A DNA stretch of 63,524 nt, filler included, from Malassezia furfur (GCA_052055015.1; 29 parts of 29 records of this genome joined end to end with filler, not necessarily neighbours in it); one strand, 5' to 3'. Shown: positions 44,327 through 56,147, counted from the whole stretch's first letter. Notes: generated by a model not told the origin, from the sequence alone. Translations and numbers: made by a program.

Positions 44327-46387
44327 AGAGCTCGGCGAGCGCCTGCTCAAAGTGGCGGCGGTGCACGCGCACCTGGACCTCATCCGGCGCCGCAAGCTCC
44401 GACAAATAGAACTGCGGGGTAAGCGGCACAGGCCAATGCACGCGCTCGTCCGTGCGCGGCAGCTGGTCGCATGCGGCGACCTTGGCGTCGATGTCGGCCG
44501 CCTTTTCGGTCATCGCCTTGAGCATAGCATCCGAACACAATGCGTAGAAGTCGGCACCAGTCAGGTTGAAGGGGCACTGCTCCGCGATGACCGTCATGTC
44601 ACCCACGTCGTCGTCGAGCGTAAACTTACGTGTGAGCGCCTGGAGGATGTTGCGCTGTGCGTCGTGTGTCTCGGCGACCGAGAGGTATAGCATGCGGTCG
44701 AAGCGCCCCGGGCGCAGCAGCGCCGGGTCGAGCAGGTCGGGACGGTTCGTCGCGCCGATCACAAACACGTCGCTTGCCGCCGAGCCGCTGGCCATGCCGT
44801 CGAGCTCGGCAAGGAGCTGGCTGACGATGCGGTCCATCACGCCACCCGAGTCGCCCTGGTTGCCGCGCTTCGGCGCGACCGAGTCGAGCTCGTCAAAGAA
44901 GATGACACACGGCTTGGCATCGCGCGCGCGCTGGAACACGCGGCGCACGTTGGCCTCCGACTCGCCGATGTACATGTTGAGCAGCTCCGGGCCCTTGACC
45001 GAGAAGAAGTTGAGCGAACACGTAGTGGCCACCGCCTTGGCGAGCAGCGTCTTGCCTGTGCCTGGCGGCCCGTAGAGCAGCACACCGCTGCGCTTCTTGA
45101 CCCCGTCCGAAAAGAGCTCGGGGTGCTCGAGCGGGAGCTGCACCGTGTCGAGGATTTCGTGCTTGACGCTCGCGAGGCCACCGACGTCGTCCCACGTCAC
45201 GTTGGGGATCTTGGGCGCGCCGATGCTCTCGCTGTACGATGCGCGCACCGCGCCGAGCGCCGCGTCGAGGTCCGCGTGCACGAGCACTGGGCGTGCCGCG
45301 GCGAGGTCCGCCGTGGTGTACGAGGGTGCCAGCGAAGCCGCGAGCCGCGCGGTCGACAGCAGCCGCGCGCGTTCCACCACCTCGCTCAGGTCCGCGGGTA
45401 GCAGCGCGGCGGTCTGCACCGCGAGCTGCTTGGTATCTACGTCCGCCGCGACCGCGTACCGTGCAAGCGCCATGTCGAGCAGCTGCTTGCGTTCCGGCTC
45501 GCCCGGCGGATCGAGCTGTAGCGTCTGGTTGAAGCACGCGAGCAGTGTCGGCGGGCACTTTTCCGCGTCGTCGGTCGTGCCGACGAGGAAGAGCGGCGCG
45601 CCGCGGCGCATGTCCTGCTCGTCCATGCACCGCTGAAGCATCTTGACGAGCGCCGCGGTCTGCGCCTCGTTCTGTCCCTTTTTCGCAAGCACGTCGATGT
45701 GCTGCAGCAGCAAAATGCACGGCGTGCACGATGCCGCGCGCGCAAACTTGGCACGCAGCACCCCCTCGGTGCGCGCGTCTGTGTCCGACACCAGCTCGTA
45801 TGCGTCGAGCTCGAGCAAGTGCACGCCCGTGCGCTGCGCGACCCAGCGCGTGACCATGCGCTTGCCGGCGCCCGGCGCGCCCTGCAGCAGCACCGCGAGG
45901 TGCACGCCGAGGTGCTGTGCGCTCGGCGAGAGCGCCGCACGCACCAGGCGCACAAACCGGCCGTACACACTCGCGTCGCTTGTCAGCGGCGTGTCGGGCG
46001 GCGGGCACCGCGGTGTGTCGTTCGTGAGGCCGAGCCATGCGGAGACATCCGCGACGCGGCGCTGCACGACGCCGGTCTGCACGATGCGCGTGTGCTCTGC
46101 ATCCACCCAGCACCCTGCGCGGTCCATCGCACCGGACGCGGTGAGCGTCGCGTACCAGCGCTGGAGCGCCGGAGCACTCGCGGGGATCTGCGCACGGACC
46201 GTCGCTGGGTCCGCGAGGTGCGCGTCGAGCTCCGTCACGCAAAAGTAGACGGCGCCGCGCGCGTACGACGGGGCAAGCGTGCTCGGGAGCTGCGCGCCGT
46301 GCGCCACGTCGCGCGCCGCGTCCGACGGCGCGTCGTCCTCGGCGTCGCGCTGCACAAAGCGCGCGCGCGGCGACGACCGGCACGGCA
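44327..46387 (-). CDS. PEX6: Peroxisomal AAA ATPase Pex6 (internal fragment)
   Basis: Degenerate D1 (GAPGAGK), SIGAPKIPNVTWDDVGGL, KKRSGVLLYGPPGTGKTLLAKAVAT and GDSGGVMDRIVSQLLAELDG. Confidence 0.97.
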
Positions 46388-46487
46388 NNNNNNNNNNNNN
46401 NNNNNNNNNNNNNNNNNNNNNNNNNNNNNNNTTAATTAATTAANNNNNNNNNNNNNNNNNNNNNNNNNNNNNNNNNNNNNNNNNNNN

Positions 46488-47683
46488 AGCTCGCGCTGCA
46501 GTACGTCTCGCCGAAGCTGCTCGCGCTGCGCGACCTCGAGCTCGCGGTGCCGGGCAGCTACGTGAGCGGGCAGCCGGTCGTGCGCATCACGCAGTTCGAG
46601 CCGGTGGTGCTCGTGATCTCCTCCAAGCAGCGCCCGCGCCGCCTCAAGATGAAGGGCAGCGACGGGCGCACGTACCAGTACCTGCTCAAGGGGCACGAGG
46701 ACATGCGCCAGGACGAGCGCGTGATGCAGCTCTTTGGCCTCGTCAACACGCTGCTCTCCACCGACACCGAGTCGTACAAGCGCCGGCTGAGCCTCCGCCG
46801 TTTCCCGGTGATCCCGCTGTCGCCCAACACGGGCATGCTCGGCTGGGTCGCCAACACCGACACGCTGCACATCCTCATCAAGGAGTACCGCGAGCAGCAC
46901 AAGATCCTGCTCAACATCGAGCACCGCCTCATGCTCCAGATGGCGCCCGACTACGACAACCTCACCATCATGGAGAAGGTCGAGGTGTTCGAGTACGCCC
47001 TGGACAACACGCCGGGCCAGGACCTGTACCGCGTGCTCTGGCTCAAGTCGCGCAACTCGGAGGCTTGGCTCGAGCGGCGCACCGCGTACATGCGCTCGCT
47101 CGCCACCTCGTCGATGGCCGGCTACATCCTCGGCCTCGGCGACCGCCACCCAAGCAACCTCTTGCTCGACCGCAAGACGGGCGAGGTGATCCACATCGAC
47201 TTTGGCGACTGCTTCGAGATCGCGTGCCACCGGCCCAAGTTCCCGGAAAAGGTGCCCTTCCGCCTGACGCGCATGCTCATCAAGGCGATGGAGGTCGGCG
47301 GCGTGAATGGCACGTTCAAGATCACCGCGGAGAATACCATGCGCGTGCTGCGCGACAACCGCGAGAGCGTGCTCGCCCTGCTCGAGGCGTTTGTGCACGA
47401 CCCGCTCATCTCCTGGCGTCTCGTGACCGACGTCGACGCCGAGCAGCGCGCGCCGGACGCGCGCGAGCACGAGCCGACGACGGCCGTGCGCGGCGAGGAG
47501 GGAGAGGCGCGCAACCAGCGTGCGCTCGAGGTCGTGCGCCGCATCCAGAACAAGCTGAGCGGCCGCGACTTTAACCCGAACCTCACACTCAGCGTGCCCG
47601 ACCAGGTGGAGCGCCTCGTGCAGGACGCGACGTGTGTGGAGAATTTGTGCGTCGCGTTCATTGGCTGGTGCGCGTTCTGGTAA
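46488..47683 (+). CDS. TOR: TOR kinase, catalytic plus FATC domains (3' part)
   Basis: [60 protein letters not shown] and IGWCAFW*. Confidence 0.98.
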
Positions 47684-47732
47684 GGCGCGTGCGCGCCGCG
47701 CCGCGCCGCGCGGTCCGACGCGTGCCTCCTCC

Positions 47733-48540
47733 ATGAAGGCGACCAAGCAGTCGTCGCTCCTCGGCTTCTTTACGAAGGCGGGGCCCGTAGAGAAGAGGGA
47801 TGGAGGAGTAGCTCGTGCAGACACTCGCACTACGGCAAACACACCCACAGACGCGAAGCCGGCGCCCGCAGCGCAGCCCGCAGCGCCGTCCGCAGCGCCG
47901 TCCGCCGACGCGCCCGCCCAGGCCGCGATCGACGATCCGGCCAAGGTGCCCGCCGACGCACCCACCAAGGCGCCCGTCGCTGCCGCTGCGCCCGCCCGCA
48001 AGCGCCGTGCACCGCCGACGCCCGCGACGCCCAGCACCAACCCTGCAAAGCGCACACGCAGCTCGCCGCAGTCTTCCCCGACGCCGCGCACATCGGACCA
48101 GTCGCTCACGCCGCCGCCGTCGAGCGACGTGCCGGACGAAGAGGTGGGTGGCCGCCGCCGTGCCGCGCGGCGCCTCAACTACTACGAGGAGCGCTCGGGG
48201 TCGAGCGAAGAGGACGAGGAGGACGATGCGTCGCAGGCGTCCGAGGACGAGTTTGTGCTCTCCGACGCATCGAGCGAGGCGTCCGCATCCGACGTGAGCG
48301 CGGTGCCGAGCGACGCGAGCGATGCGGAGCCCGAGCCCGAGCCCGAGCCCGAAGAGTCGGACGACGATGTGCCTGCCCGCAATCGGCGCGTTGCAGCGCC
48401 GGCGCCGGCGACGCCGCGTGCGCTGGCGCCGAGTGCGTCGCGGCCCAGCGTGGCGCTGCACCACCTGACCAAAGCGGAGCGGCGCGTCGAGGAAGACAAG
48501 AAGCGCAAGCTCGAGAACGAAGAGGCGTACAGTTTCCTGC
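47733..48540 (+). CDS. MSH6: DNA mismatch repair protein Msh6 (N-terminal region)
   Basis: N-terminal PIP box QSSLLGFF, an acidic disordered linker, and ENEEAYSFL at the position preceding the MutS-I domain. Confidence 0.7.
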
Positions 48541-48715
48541 NNNNNNNNNNNNNNNNNNNNNNNNNNNNNNNNNNNNNNNNNNNNTTAATTAATTAANNNN
48601 NNNNNNNNNNNNNNNNNNNNNNNNNNNNNNNNNNNNNNNNAGGTCCAGGCGCTGAAAAAGTCGGACCACTTTTACTATGCATAGACTGTACAAAGACTGC
48701 GTGTACGTGCATCCT

Positions 48716-49463
48716 CTACGCGTCCTCGCGCTGTGCGATCATCAGCAGCACGGTCGCCATGATCATTAGGCCAATCACGCACGACAAAATCGTGACGAGG
48801 GGGTGCGAGTGTCCCTCGCACTCGTCGAGGTACGTGTGCTCTGCCTCGAGCTGCCGCACACACGCAAAGTAGTCCTGCGTCGACACGATGTAGGAGAGAA
48901 AGGCTGCGATCAGGTAAATCACGCCGAGCGCCATCTCCTCGCGTCCCATCTTGTCATCGTGGGCGTCCCACAGCCGCACGGCCGGCGTGCTCGGCGCATA
49001 CGGCGCCTGGTGCACAATCGGAGACGGCGGCACGGACGATTCGGTGGGAAGAAGCGCACGCATCGTCTGCACGAGCGTCTCCTGCTGCTCGTCCTCATCT
49101 TGGAGCTGTAGATCGAGAAACATGGTGCACGACAAGATCGTCATATAGGTATAAAATTTCGACCACGCCATGTACGTTCGCTCGCGCACTGCATCAGTCA
49201 GACCACCTACTGCAAAAGTCCCGCGCGGCCTCGGACGGCACCTCGGGCGACTTAAGCCCGAACCAGTGCGCACGGTTGAATCGCGAGCGCGGTGGGGGGG
49301 GGGATTCCTCGGCCTCATCGAGTTCGTCATCCTGGAGCTCTGCTTGGCAAATCGATGCGCGCCGCTTGTCTGCACGTGTAATTCTGTCTTCTAATGATAG
49401 CCAGGGACGACCCATGACCTCCGCCGGTGCATCGTCCCGCTCCGGATCGGCGCGCGACGCCAT
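48716..49463 (-). CDS. DUF202/YidH-like membrane protein; intron 49189-49210 (22 nt)
   Basis: Spliced ARDFCMRERTYMAW followed by three hydrophobic segments. Confidence 0.7.
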
Positions 49464-49562
49464 GGCCGGCAACCGAGGCGCGTGGAGGCGTGTCAGGGGT
49501 GGAGCCTGTGGACTTGTAGAGAATCAAGTACGCAAAATGCGCACTCCACGTCAGCTTCGGAA

Positions 49563-49657
49563 CCAGCCATAGCTCAGTTGGAAGAGCGAAGGTTTGTAAT
49601 TAGGTTACCAGATCCTCGGATCACCTTAGGTCCCGTGTTCGAATCACGGTGGCTGGA
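49563..49657 (+). tRNA. tRNA-Tyr(GTA) with a 22-nt intron (49600-49621)
   Basis: Acceptor stem CCAGCCA/TGGCTGG plus A73, D arm GCTC..GAGC, anticodon stem AAGGT/ACCTT with GTA at 49596-49598, T arm CCGTG-TTCGAAT-CACGG; T7 terminator at 49661-49667. Confidence 0.95.
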
Positions 49658-49750
49658 CACTTTTTTTCCGTCGGCCCATAAGCATTGGCACCTGTAAGGC
49701 CGATTCCTGCCTGGTTATAACGCGCGATGTGGAGGGACTTGCCATTCGAG

Positions 49751-49843
49751 CCAGCCATAGCTCAGTTGGAAGAGCGAAGGTTTGTAATTAGGTTACCGGT
49801 CCTTGTCCACCTTAGGTCCCGTGTTCGAATCACGGTGGCTGGA
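49751..49843 (+). tRNA. tRNA-Tyr(GTA) with a 20-nt intron (49788-49807)
   Basis: Exons identical to the upstream copy, different intron; T5 terminator at 49849-49853. Confidence 0.95.
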
Positions 49844-49946
49844 TTCTGTTTTTAAAGCGCTATATTTTTTTTTTGCTCACGCACAAATTGGTCAGATTGT
49901 GGGGTAATCGGGGCTAGGCTCGTCCTTGGAATTCGCCCTATTTTGG

Positions 49947-50685
49947 CTAGGAAGCGCTATAGGTCCCCTCTCGGAATAGGTCACTAGGGTAGTAATGCGC
50001 GCGTAAGATTTGGCCATGGAGTGGAAGCCTGCATGAGCACACGCCCTAACGTACTGATCCAATGCACGAATGCCTCGATACGCCCCGGCCATCCCTGTAA
50101 ACTCGACAAGGACACGTATGAGATCTGGCATCGGGTGGAGAAGCGCACGCTGGACGTAGCCATACTCGGCACATAGATCCGCTGCGTGAGCGCACAAAAC
50201 CCACCAATCTCTTGCTGCAAGTTCTGCGCCACGTCCGAGTCGCTGTCCAAAGCAAGATCGAATGCAACCACCTCGCTCGGCTCGCCATACATCTCACGGG
50301 CAATCGCTGCCTCGTCTCGGTCGCGATTCACAATCACGCCACGCGCCGTACCACGCTTGGCCACGCGCGCCTCTAAAGGGCGCACCATCCCCTTGTTTCC
50401 CTCAGCCCCAATCCCTTCCCCCTTCTTGTACCCGTACCGCTCCATGAGGCGTTCCGCAAACCGTGCAGGGTCTGGCCGATGCGCGGGGTCGACAGACGGC
50501 GAAGGATGAGGCTCTGGCTTGGACGCGGGGGCAAACTTGGCCGCAATCGCCGCAACCTCTCTACGCTTTTCCTCGATCGTGGTGTTGGAACGAGGCGGCC
50601 GGGGTGCCAGCTCGGTCGGCACTGCACTTATGTCCTGGATGGGTCGCATTGGTGGTGGGCCTGGCGGAGGGCGTGGGGGTGGACC
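49947..50685 (-). CDS. SPF45: Splicing factor SPF45/RBM17-like (G-patch + UHM; 5' truncated); introns 50182-50204 (23 nt) and 50029-50054 (26 nt)
   Basis: G-patch FAERLMERYGYKKGEGIG....GMVRPL; UHM LQQEI|ADLCAEYGYV...IRVLVEF...AYRGIRALD|QLPLHGQILRAHYYPSDLF. Confidence 0.75.
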
Positions 50686-51305
50686 NNNNNNNNNNNNNNN
50701 NNNNNNNNNNNNNNNNNNNNNNNNNNNNNTTAATTAATTAANNNNNNNNNNNNNNNNNNNNNNNNNNNNNNNNNNNNNNNNNNNNCCCACGTCACAGCCC
50801 TGCGCGCGCAGGCCCGCTGGCCCACCATGCCGCCGCCGCCGCCGCCGCCCAACCCGGCGTTCCAGCAGCGCCTGCGCGTACGTGGAGGCACGCCCTGCGC
50901 GGCCCACTGACACCCCAGGTGCTCACGTTCTCGGTGCCTCTCCTCGTCGTGTCGTCGTGTACGTGCAACCTCGGCTCATCCACCAGACATGCTCTACAAA
51001 CGTCTCTATCTCGGCGAGGAACAAAAACCGCTGCCTTCCTCGGTCGCGCGCAACCTCGCCAACCCACCGTCGAACACCGAGCCCCGTCTGTAGATCACGT
51101 GATACCAGCCACTTTTTGGGTGCGAACCTAGGCACAGCGCCGCGCCTTTCTTCGCGTCGGTGGTGGCCTGGGCACTCGCACGGGCGACGCCGCATACCCA
51201 CGCACCACCACGTTGCACACGCTTGCGCGCTGGGCGAATCGCGCGTGCACGCTCCGCGTACAAGCCGCGCTGCCCTCGCGCTCCTTCCAGACGCGCGCAC
51301 CGAGC

Positions 51306-52829
51306 ATGGGCGCGTCGATCTTGCGCGTGCTCACCGCGCCGTCGTCCGACACGAGCGAACTGCCAACGCTCGTGCTCCAGTGCGACGCGACCAAATACCT
51401 CTTTAATGCGGGCGAAGGCACCACTCGGTCGTCCGCACAGCGCCGGTCCTCGAACGCGCGCGTCGAGCATGTGTTTGTCTCGCGCGTCGCGTCCGAAGCC
51501 ATCGGCGGTATACCCGGGCTGCTCATGACCATGGCCGACGGCGGGAAAACGTCCGTCGACGTGCATGGGCCGCCCAACACGCGCTATGCGCTCGCTACCA
51601 CGCGCTTCTACGCCAAGCGCGACAAAATGCACGTCCGCGTGCACGACGTGCCGCTGGACACCGACGGCGCTCGCCCGTGCTTCGAGGACGAGCACATCGC
51701 GGTGTATGCGGTGCCGGTCGTACCGGGCGGCATCCCGCGCCTGCCTGCGCCCGCGCCCGGGCGCACGCCGTCGTACACGCCCGACGACGAGCCGTGGCGC
51801 GACCCCAAGTGGACACCGACGGCGCTGCGCGGCGCCGACGCCGACCGCTGGTACTCCAGCGTCCTCGAGGACGCATGGGGGGCCAAGTACGCGGGCGACG
51901 CACGTGCATGGACGCCGTCGCGCATCGCGCACGCGCTCCCGCCGCCGCCCGTCGCCCCTCGCGACACGGGCGAGGAGCCGGGGCGTCAGGCACCCGTGCT
52001 GTGCTACATTTGTGCCGGCGCGACGCAGCGCGGCAAGTTTGACGCACAGCGCGCCGCAGCGCTCGGCCTCGCGCCGGGCCCCGACTTTGCGCGCCTGACG
52101 CGCGGCGAAGAGGTGCACATCGAGCGCCCGGTCGCATGGGCAACGCTGTCCGACGCCGAGCGCACACAGTGGCTCCGCGCACGCGCGCCGCGGCGCGCCC
52201 AAAAGGCGCGCCCGGCCACCGAGGTGCCTACGTACGAGCTCGAGCGCGTCACGCTGCGCAGCAGCGACGTCGTCGGCACCGCGCGCGCAGGCCCCGTCTT
52301 TTTCTACGTGACGCTACCGACGCGCGAGTACCTCGACACGTTCCTCGCGCCGCACACGCAGCAGGCGTTTGCCCCGTATACCCAGGCCGCGAATGCTGCG
52401 CGGCCGCCCGAGCAGCACACTACGCCGCACGTCATCGTGCACGCGGCGCCGCCCGCCGTGCTCCAAGACGCGCGGTACGTCGCGTGGATGCAGTCGTTTG
52501 GCCCCGCGTGCCACCACCTCGTGGCGAACCGCGCACAGTGTGCGGACCGGCTCATGTATACCTCGAGCGCGCTGACGCTGCTGCGCCTCGCGCGCCTCGA
52601 TCGCGAGATGTACTCGGTGCCGGGCTATGCGCTCGCCCCGCGCGTCGCGTGCGACGGCGAGCGTGTGCAGCCGGCTGCCGAGGACATGGTCATCGGGCTG
52701 CAGCCGCGCGCGGCGCCCAAGCAGCTCGTGCCGAGCGCGCCGGTCTTTGACGCGCCGCCCGCCACGATGGACGCACGGCTCGCGGAGCATGCGACGCCCG
52801 AGGCCGCCGACGCGTGGGCGCAGTACGAG
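51306..52829 (+). CDS. TRZ1: Long-form tRNase Z (5' part); possible non-AUG extension from 51210/51213
   Basis: KYLFNAGEGTTR, HVFVS....IGGIPGLLMTMAD, VHGPPN and the flexible-arm motif RGKFD..RA.ALGL.PGPDFARL..GE.V. Confidence 0.92.
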
Positions 52830-52929
52830 NNNNNNNNNNNNNNNNNNNNNNNNNNNNNNNNNNNNNNNNNNNNTTAATTAATTAANNNNNNNNNNNNNNN
52901 NNNNNNNNNNNNNNNNNNNNNNNNNNNNN

Positions 52930-53994
52930 GCGGCGCAGCGCCGCGGGCGCCGACGCGGGCGTGTCCTCGGCCACCGTGCGCGAGCGCTCGAAATGCGCGT
53001 GCGGCGTGTTCGACGGCGACGCATACGGCGTCGCAGGCGGGGGCGGCGCACTCGTCTCGTGCTGCAGCGTCTCCCAAAACAGGTCGCCCACCACAAACGT
53101 GTCGCCGACCATGCGGTGGTGGCCCACGACGTACGACAGGCGCAGCTCGAGCTCCTGTCGCAGCGCCTGGTCGAGCGGCATCGCGTCGCCCGCGCCGTGC
53201 ATCGGCGGCGGCGGCGGCACACTGTGCGACGAAAAGTAGGACACCGTACGCAGCGGCTCCACCACCGGCCGCGAGTGCAGCAGCGACGACGGCAGGCGCG
53301 GCGGCGGCGGCCGGCGCGTCGGGCTCTGCACCACGTCGCTGATCGACGCCGCGATGCTGTGCGCGCGCCGCCGGCGGCCGTGATGGGGCAGCGCTGCGCC
53401 GGGCGACATGGCGTGTGATGCAGGCAGGGCCGGAGCCTCGTCTGCCATGTGGTCGGGCGACGACACGCGCGCCGGCGACAGCGTCAGCACCGCGTCCTCG
53501 GGCACGTCGGGCGGCACGCCGGACCACGGACTGCTCACCGGGGGCGCGAGCGGTGTGCTCGCCTGCGGCCCGCCCGGTGACGCGCCGTCCGGAGAGGCGC
53601 CGTCCGGAGAGGCGCCATCCGGAGCTGCCCCGCCCGGCTCTGCCCCGCCCGGGGACGCGGCAAACTCGCTCAGCGAGCCCGTGCTGCGTACGCGCCGCAG
53701 CCGCGGCACGCGCCGGTGCTCCGGCACCCAGCGCGCGGGCGAGAAGCCCGCAAACGCGCGCCGGTGCCGCGTGTTGTGCCGCGGCGAGTGGATGCCCCAG
53801 TGGGTGTGCGAGAATGCGTCGTTGTCGATATCGAGGTGCTGCTCCTTCGCATACAGCAGCAGCGCGCCGGACGACACCGTCTCGACCGGCAGGGGGCCGA
53901 TGACGATGCGGCGCATCGGGTGCTTGCCGTGCGCATGCCCCGCGTCCGACAGGCACGCCGTGCACGCGTCGCGCGCGGGCGGCTCTGTGTTCAT
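52930..53994 (-). CDS. N-terminus of a hypothetical protein (possibly a Spo71/Mug56-type PH protein)
   Basis: Long open frame divergent from the TPR gene. RRIVIGPLP resembles an N-terminal motif of that family; start uncertain. Confidence 0.35.
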
Positions 53995-54046
53995 CCCTCG
54001 GCCTCCACTTGGGAGAGCGGAGCTAGGAAGCGGTTGGTGCACACGC

Positions 54047-54973
54047 ATGCCGAAACGCACGCCGGGCGCGGGCGCCCGCGCGCCCGCGACGTTTGAGGCG
54101 TGCATGGACGCCGGGATTGATCAGGAGGAGCGCGGCGAGCGCTTCGCCGTCGACGCCAAGGCACAGCGGTACGTGCGCGCCCTCACGCAGCCACTTTGAG
54201 GCCGCCTACACACACTATGCACACGCCGCCGCGCTCGACCCCACGTCCGTCGACGCACACTACAATGCCGCGCGCGTGCAGCACACGCTCGGCTCGACGT
54301 TCTATGCGCCGCCCGACGCACACGACGCACTCGCACGCGCGCTCGAGCACGCAGCGACGGCGCTGCACCACGCGGCGCCGGACGTCGACGGCGTGCCGGA
54401 CGCCGCGCGCCTCGACGTGCTCGCCAACGCCGCATACACGCTCGAGGCCCTCGCCGAGCTGCTCGACACGTTCCCGTGCGAGGACGCTCGCCTGCGCACG
54501 CGCATCGCCGCCGCGGTGCCGGCGCTCGGCGACGGCGCTGTGAGCCCTGCCGCGCTGTACCGCGCGGCGCTCGACGCACTCGCCGACGTCGAGGCGGGGC
54601 AGCGCGCGGTGCTCGCGCACGCCCTGCACGCCGACGCACCGACGCATGCGGCCGCCGCCGATGCGCCGCAGTACACGTCGTCGATCGTCGCGCCCGCAAG
54701 CGTGCTCGAGACGTGCAACGACGCGCTGACCTGTGTGACGGCGCTCCTCACCCACACCCCCGGCGACGCGCTCGCCGCCACGCTCGAGCACGCACACGCC
54801 GTCGCCGCGCGCGCCGACGCGTGGTGTGCGTCGCTGCCCGCGGGCCTCGGCGCGCGCCAGAGCCCCGAGCACGAGTGGGACGCACAGGCGGACGCACTGC
54901 GCTGGAACGTGCTCGCCGCCGACGTCGCCGCCGTGCAGCGCGCGCACGAGCTCGCGGCGCACGCGGCCGCCGC
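54047..54973 (+). CDS. Fungal TPR-like protein (5' part); intron 54169-54190 (22 nt)
   Basis: Spliced TFEACMDAGIDQEERGERF..DAKAQR|HFEAAY..Y..A..LDP.SVDAHYNAAR. Confidence 0.65.
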
Positions 54974-55073
54974 NNNNNNNNNNNNNNNNNNNNNNNNNNN
55001 NNNNNNNNNNNNNNNNNTTAATTAATTAANNNNNNNNNNNNNNNNNNNNNNNNNNNNNNNNNNNNNNNNNNNN

Positions 55074-56147
55074 CTGCAGGCCGCCGCATACGCCGCGTAC
55101 GCGGCGGCAACGCGCGACGCGGTGCGCGAGCAGGTCGTCGAGCTCGCCGTGGACGCCGCGGCGACGCCGACGCCGCTCGACGCGGCGCTCGTGCAGAGCG
55201 TGTCGCGCCATGCGCCGCTGACGCCCGCCGTCTGGGACGCGCCCGAGACGTGGGGTGACGTGTTTGCGCTGCTGCTCCAGTGGCTCGCGCTCTTCGCGCA
55301 CTTCCCCGAGGCGTCGCTCGCGCTCAAGGCGCGCTACGTCGCGACGCTCGAGCAGCACGCCCTGCCCGCCACGCAGCTCCTCCCGAGCGTGTTTGTGCTG
55401 CTGGGCGGCGCGCCGCGCGGCGTGCCGGCGGTGCGCCCGCTCGACGTGGGCCGCTACGCGGTGGACGAGGTGGACGTCGACGCGCTCGACCCGCACGACG
55501 CACGCGCGCTCCAGGTGCTCGCGGCGCATGTCTACTTCCGCGCGCTGCAGCACCTCCCGACGCAGGTGCGCGACTGGTTCTGGTCCGTGCGCGACCGCCA
55601 GCTGTCGCTGCACGTGAGCCACTGGACCGCCAAGGGGTGCACGCCGCTGCTCGCCGAGCGCGAACTGCGCCACCTGCGCGACCCGGATGCGCTCGCGCGC
55701 CTGCAGGACGAGGCGATGGCCGTCAAGATCCTGTCGAGCAACGAGGTGGTCGCGACCTACACGGTCGACGAGCACCCGATGGAGATCGGCGTGCGCCTCC
55801 CGGCCGACTTCCCGCTGCACGGCGTCGAGATCCGCGACCTGAAGCGCGTCGGCGTGAGCGAGGCGCAGTGGCGCGCGTGGCTGCTCGCCGTGCAGCAGAT
55901 GCTCAGCGGGCGCAACGGGCTGATCCTCGACGCGCTCATGCTCTTCAAGAAGAACGCCGAGGCCAAGTTCCAGGGCTACGAGGGCGCCGAGTGCGCCATC
56001 TGCTACTCGATCATCTCGCCCACCGACCAGACGCTGCCGAACAAGCCGTGCCGCACGTGCAAGCACAAGTTCCACGGCAGCTGCCTGTACAAGTGGGTGA
56101 GCACCAGCGGCGCATCAACGTGCCCCTTGTGCCGCTCCATCCTGTGA
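55074..56147 (+). CDS. LTN1: RQC E3 ligase listerin Ltn1/Rkr1 (RWD + RING; 3' part)
   Basis: EVVATYTVDE..MEI..RLP..FPL, GVSE.QWR.W, NG.I.DAL..FK.N and ECAICYSII...LP.K.C.TCKHKFH..CLYKW...S..STCPLCR. Confidence 0.95.
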   Translation: MQAAAYAAYAAATRDAVREQVVELAVDAAATPTPLDAALVQSVSRHAPLTPAVWDAPETWGDVFALLLQWLALFAHFPEASLALKARYVATLEQHALPATQLLPSVFVLLGGAPRGVPAVRPLDVGRYAVDEVDVDALDPHDARALQVLAAHVYFRALQHLPTQVRDWFWSVRDRQLSLHVSHWTAKGCTPLLAERELRHLRDPDALARLQDEAMAVKILSSNEVVATYTVDEHPMEIGVRLPADFPLHGVEIRDLKRVGVSEAQWRAWLLAVQQMLSGRNGLILDALMLFKKNAEAKFQGYEGAECAICYSIISPTDQTLPNKPCRTCKHKFHGSCLYKWVSTSGASTCPLCRSIL

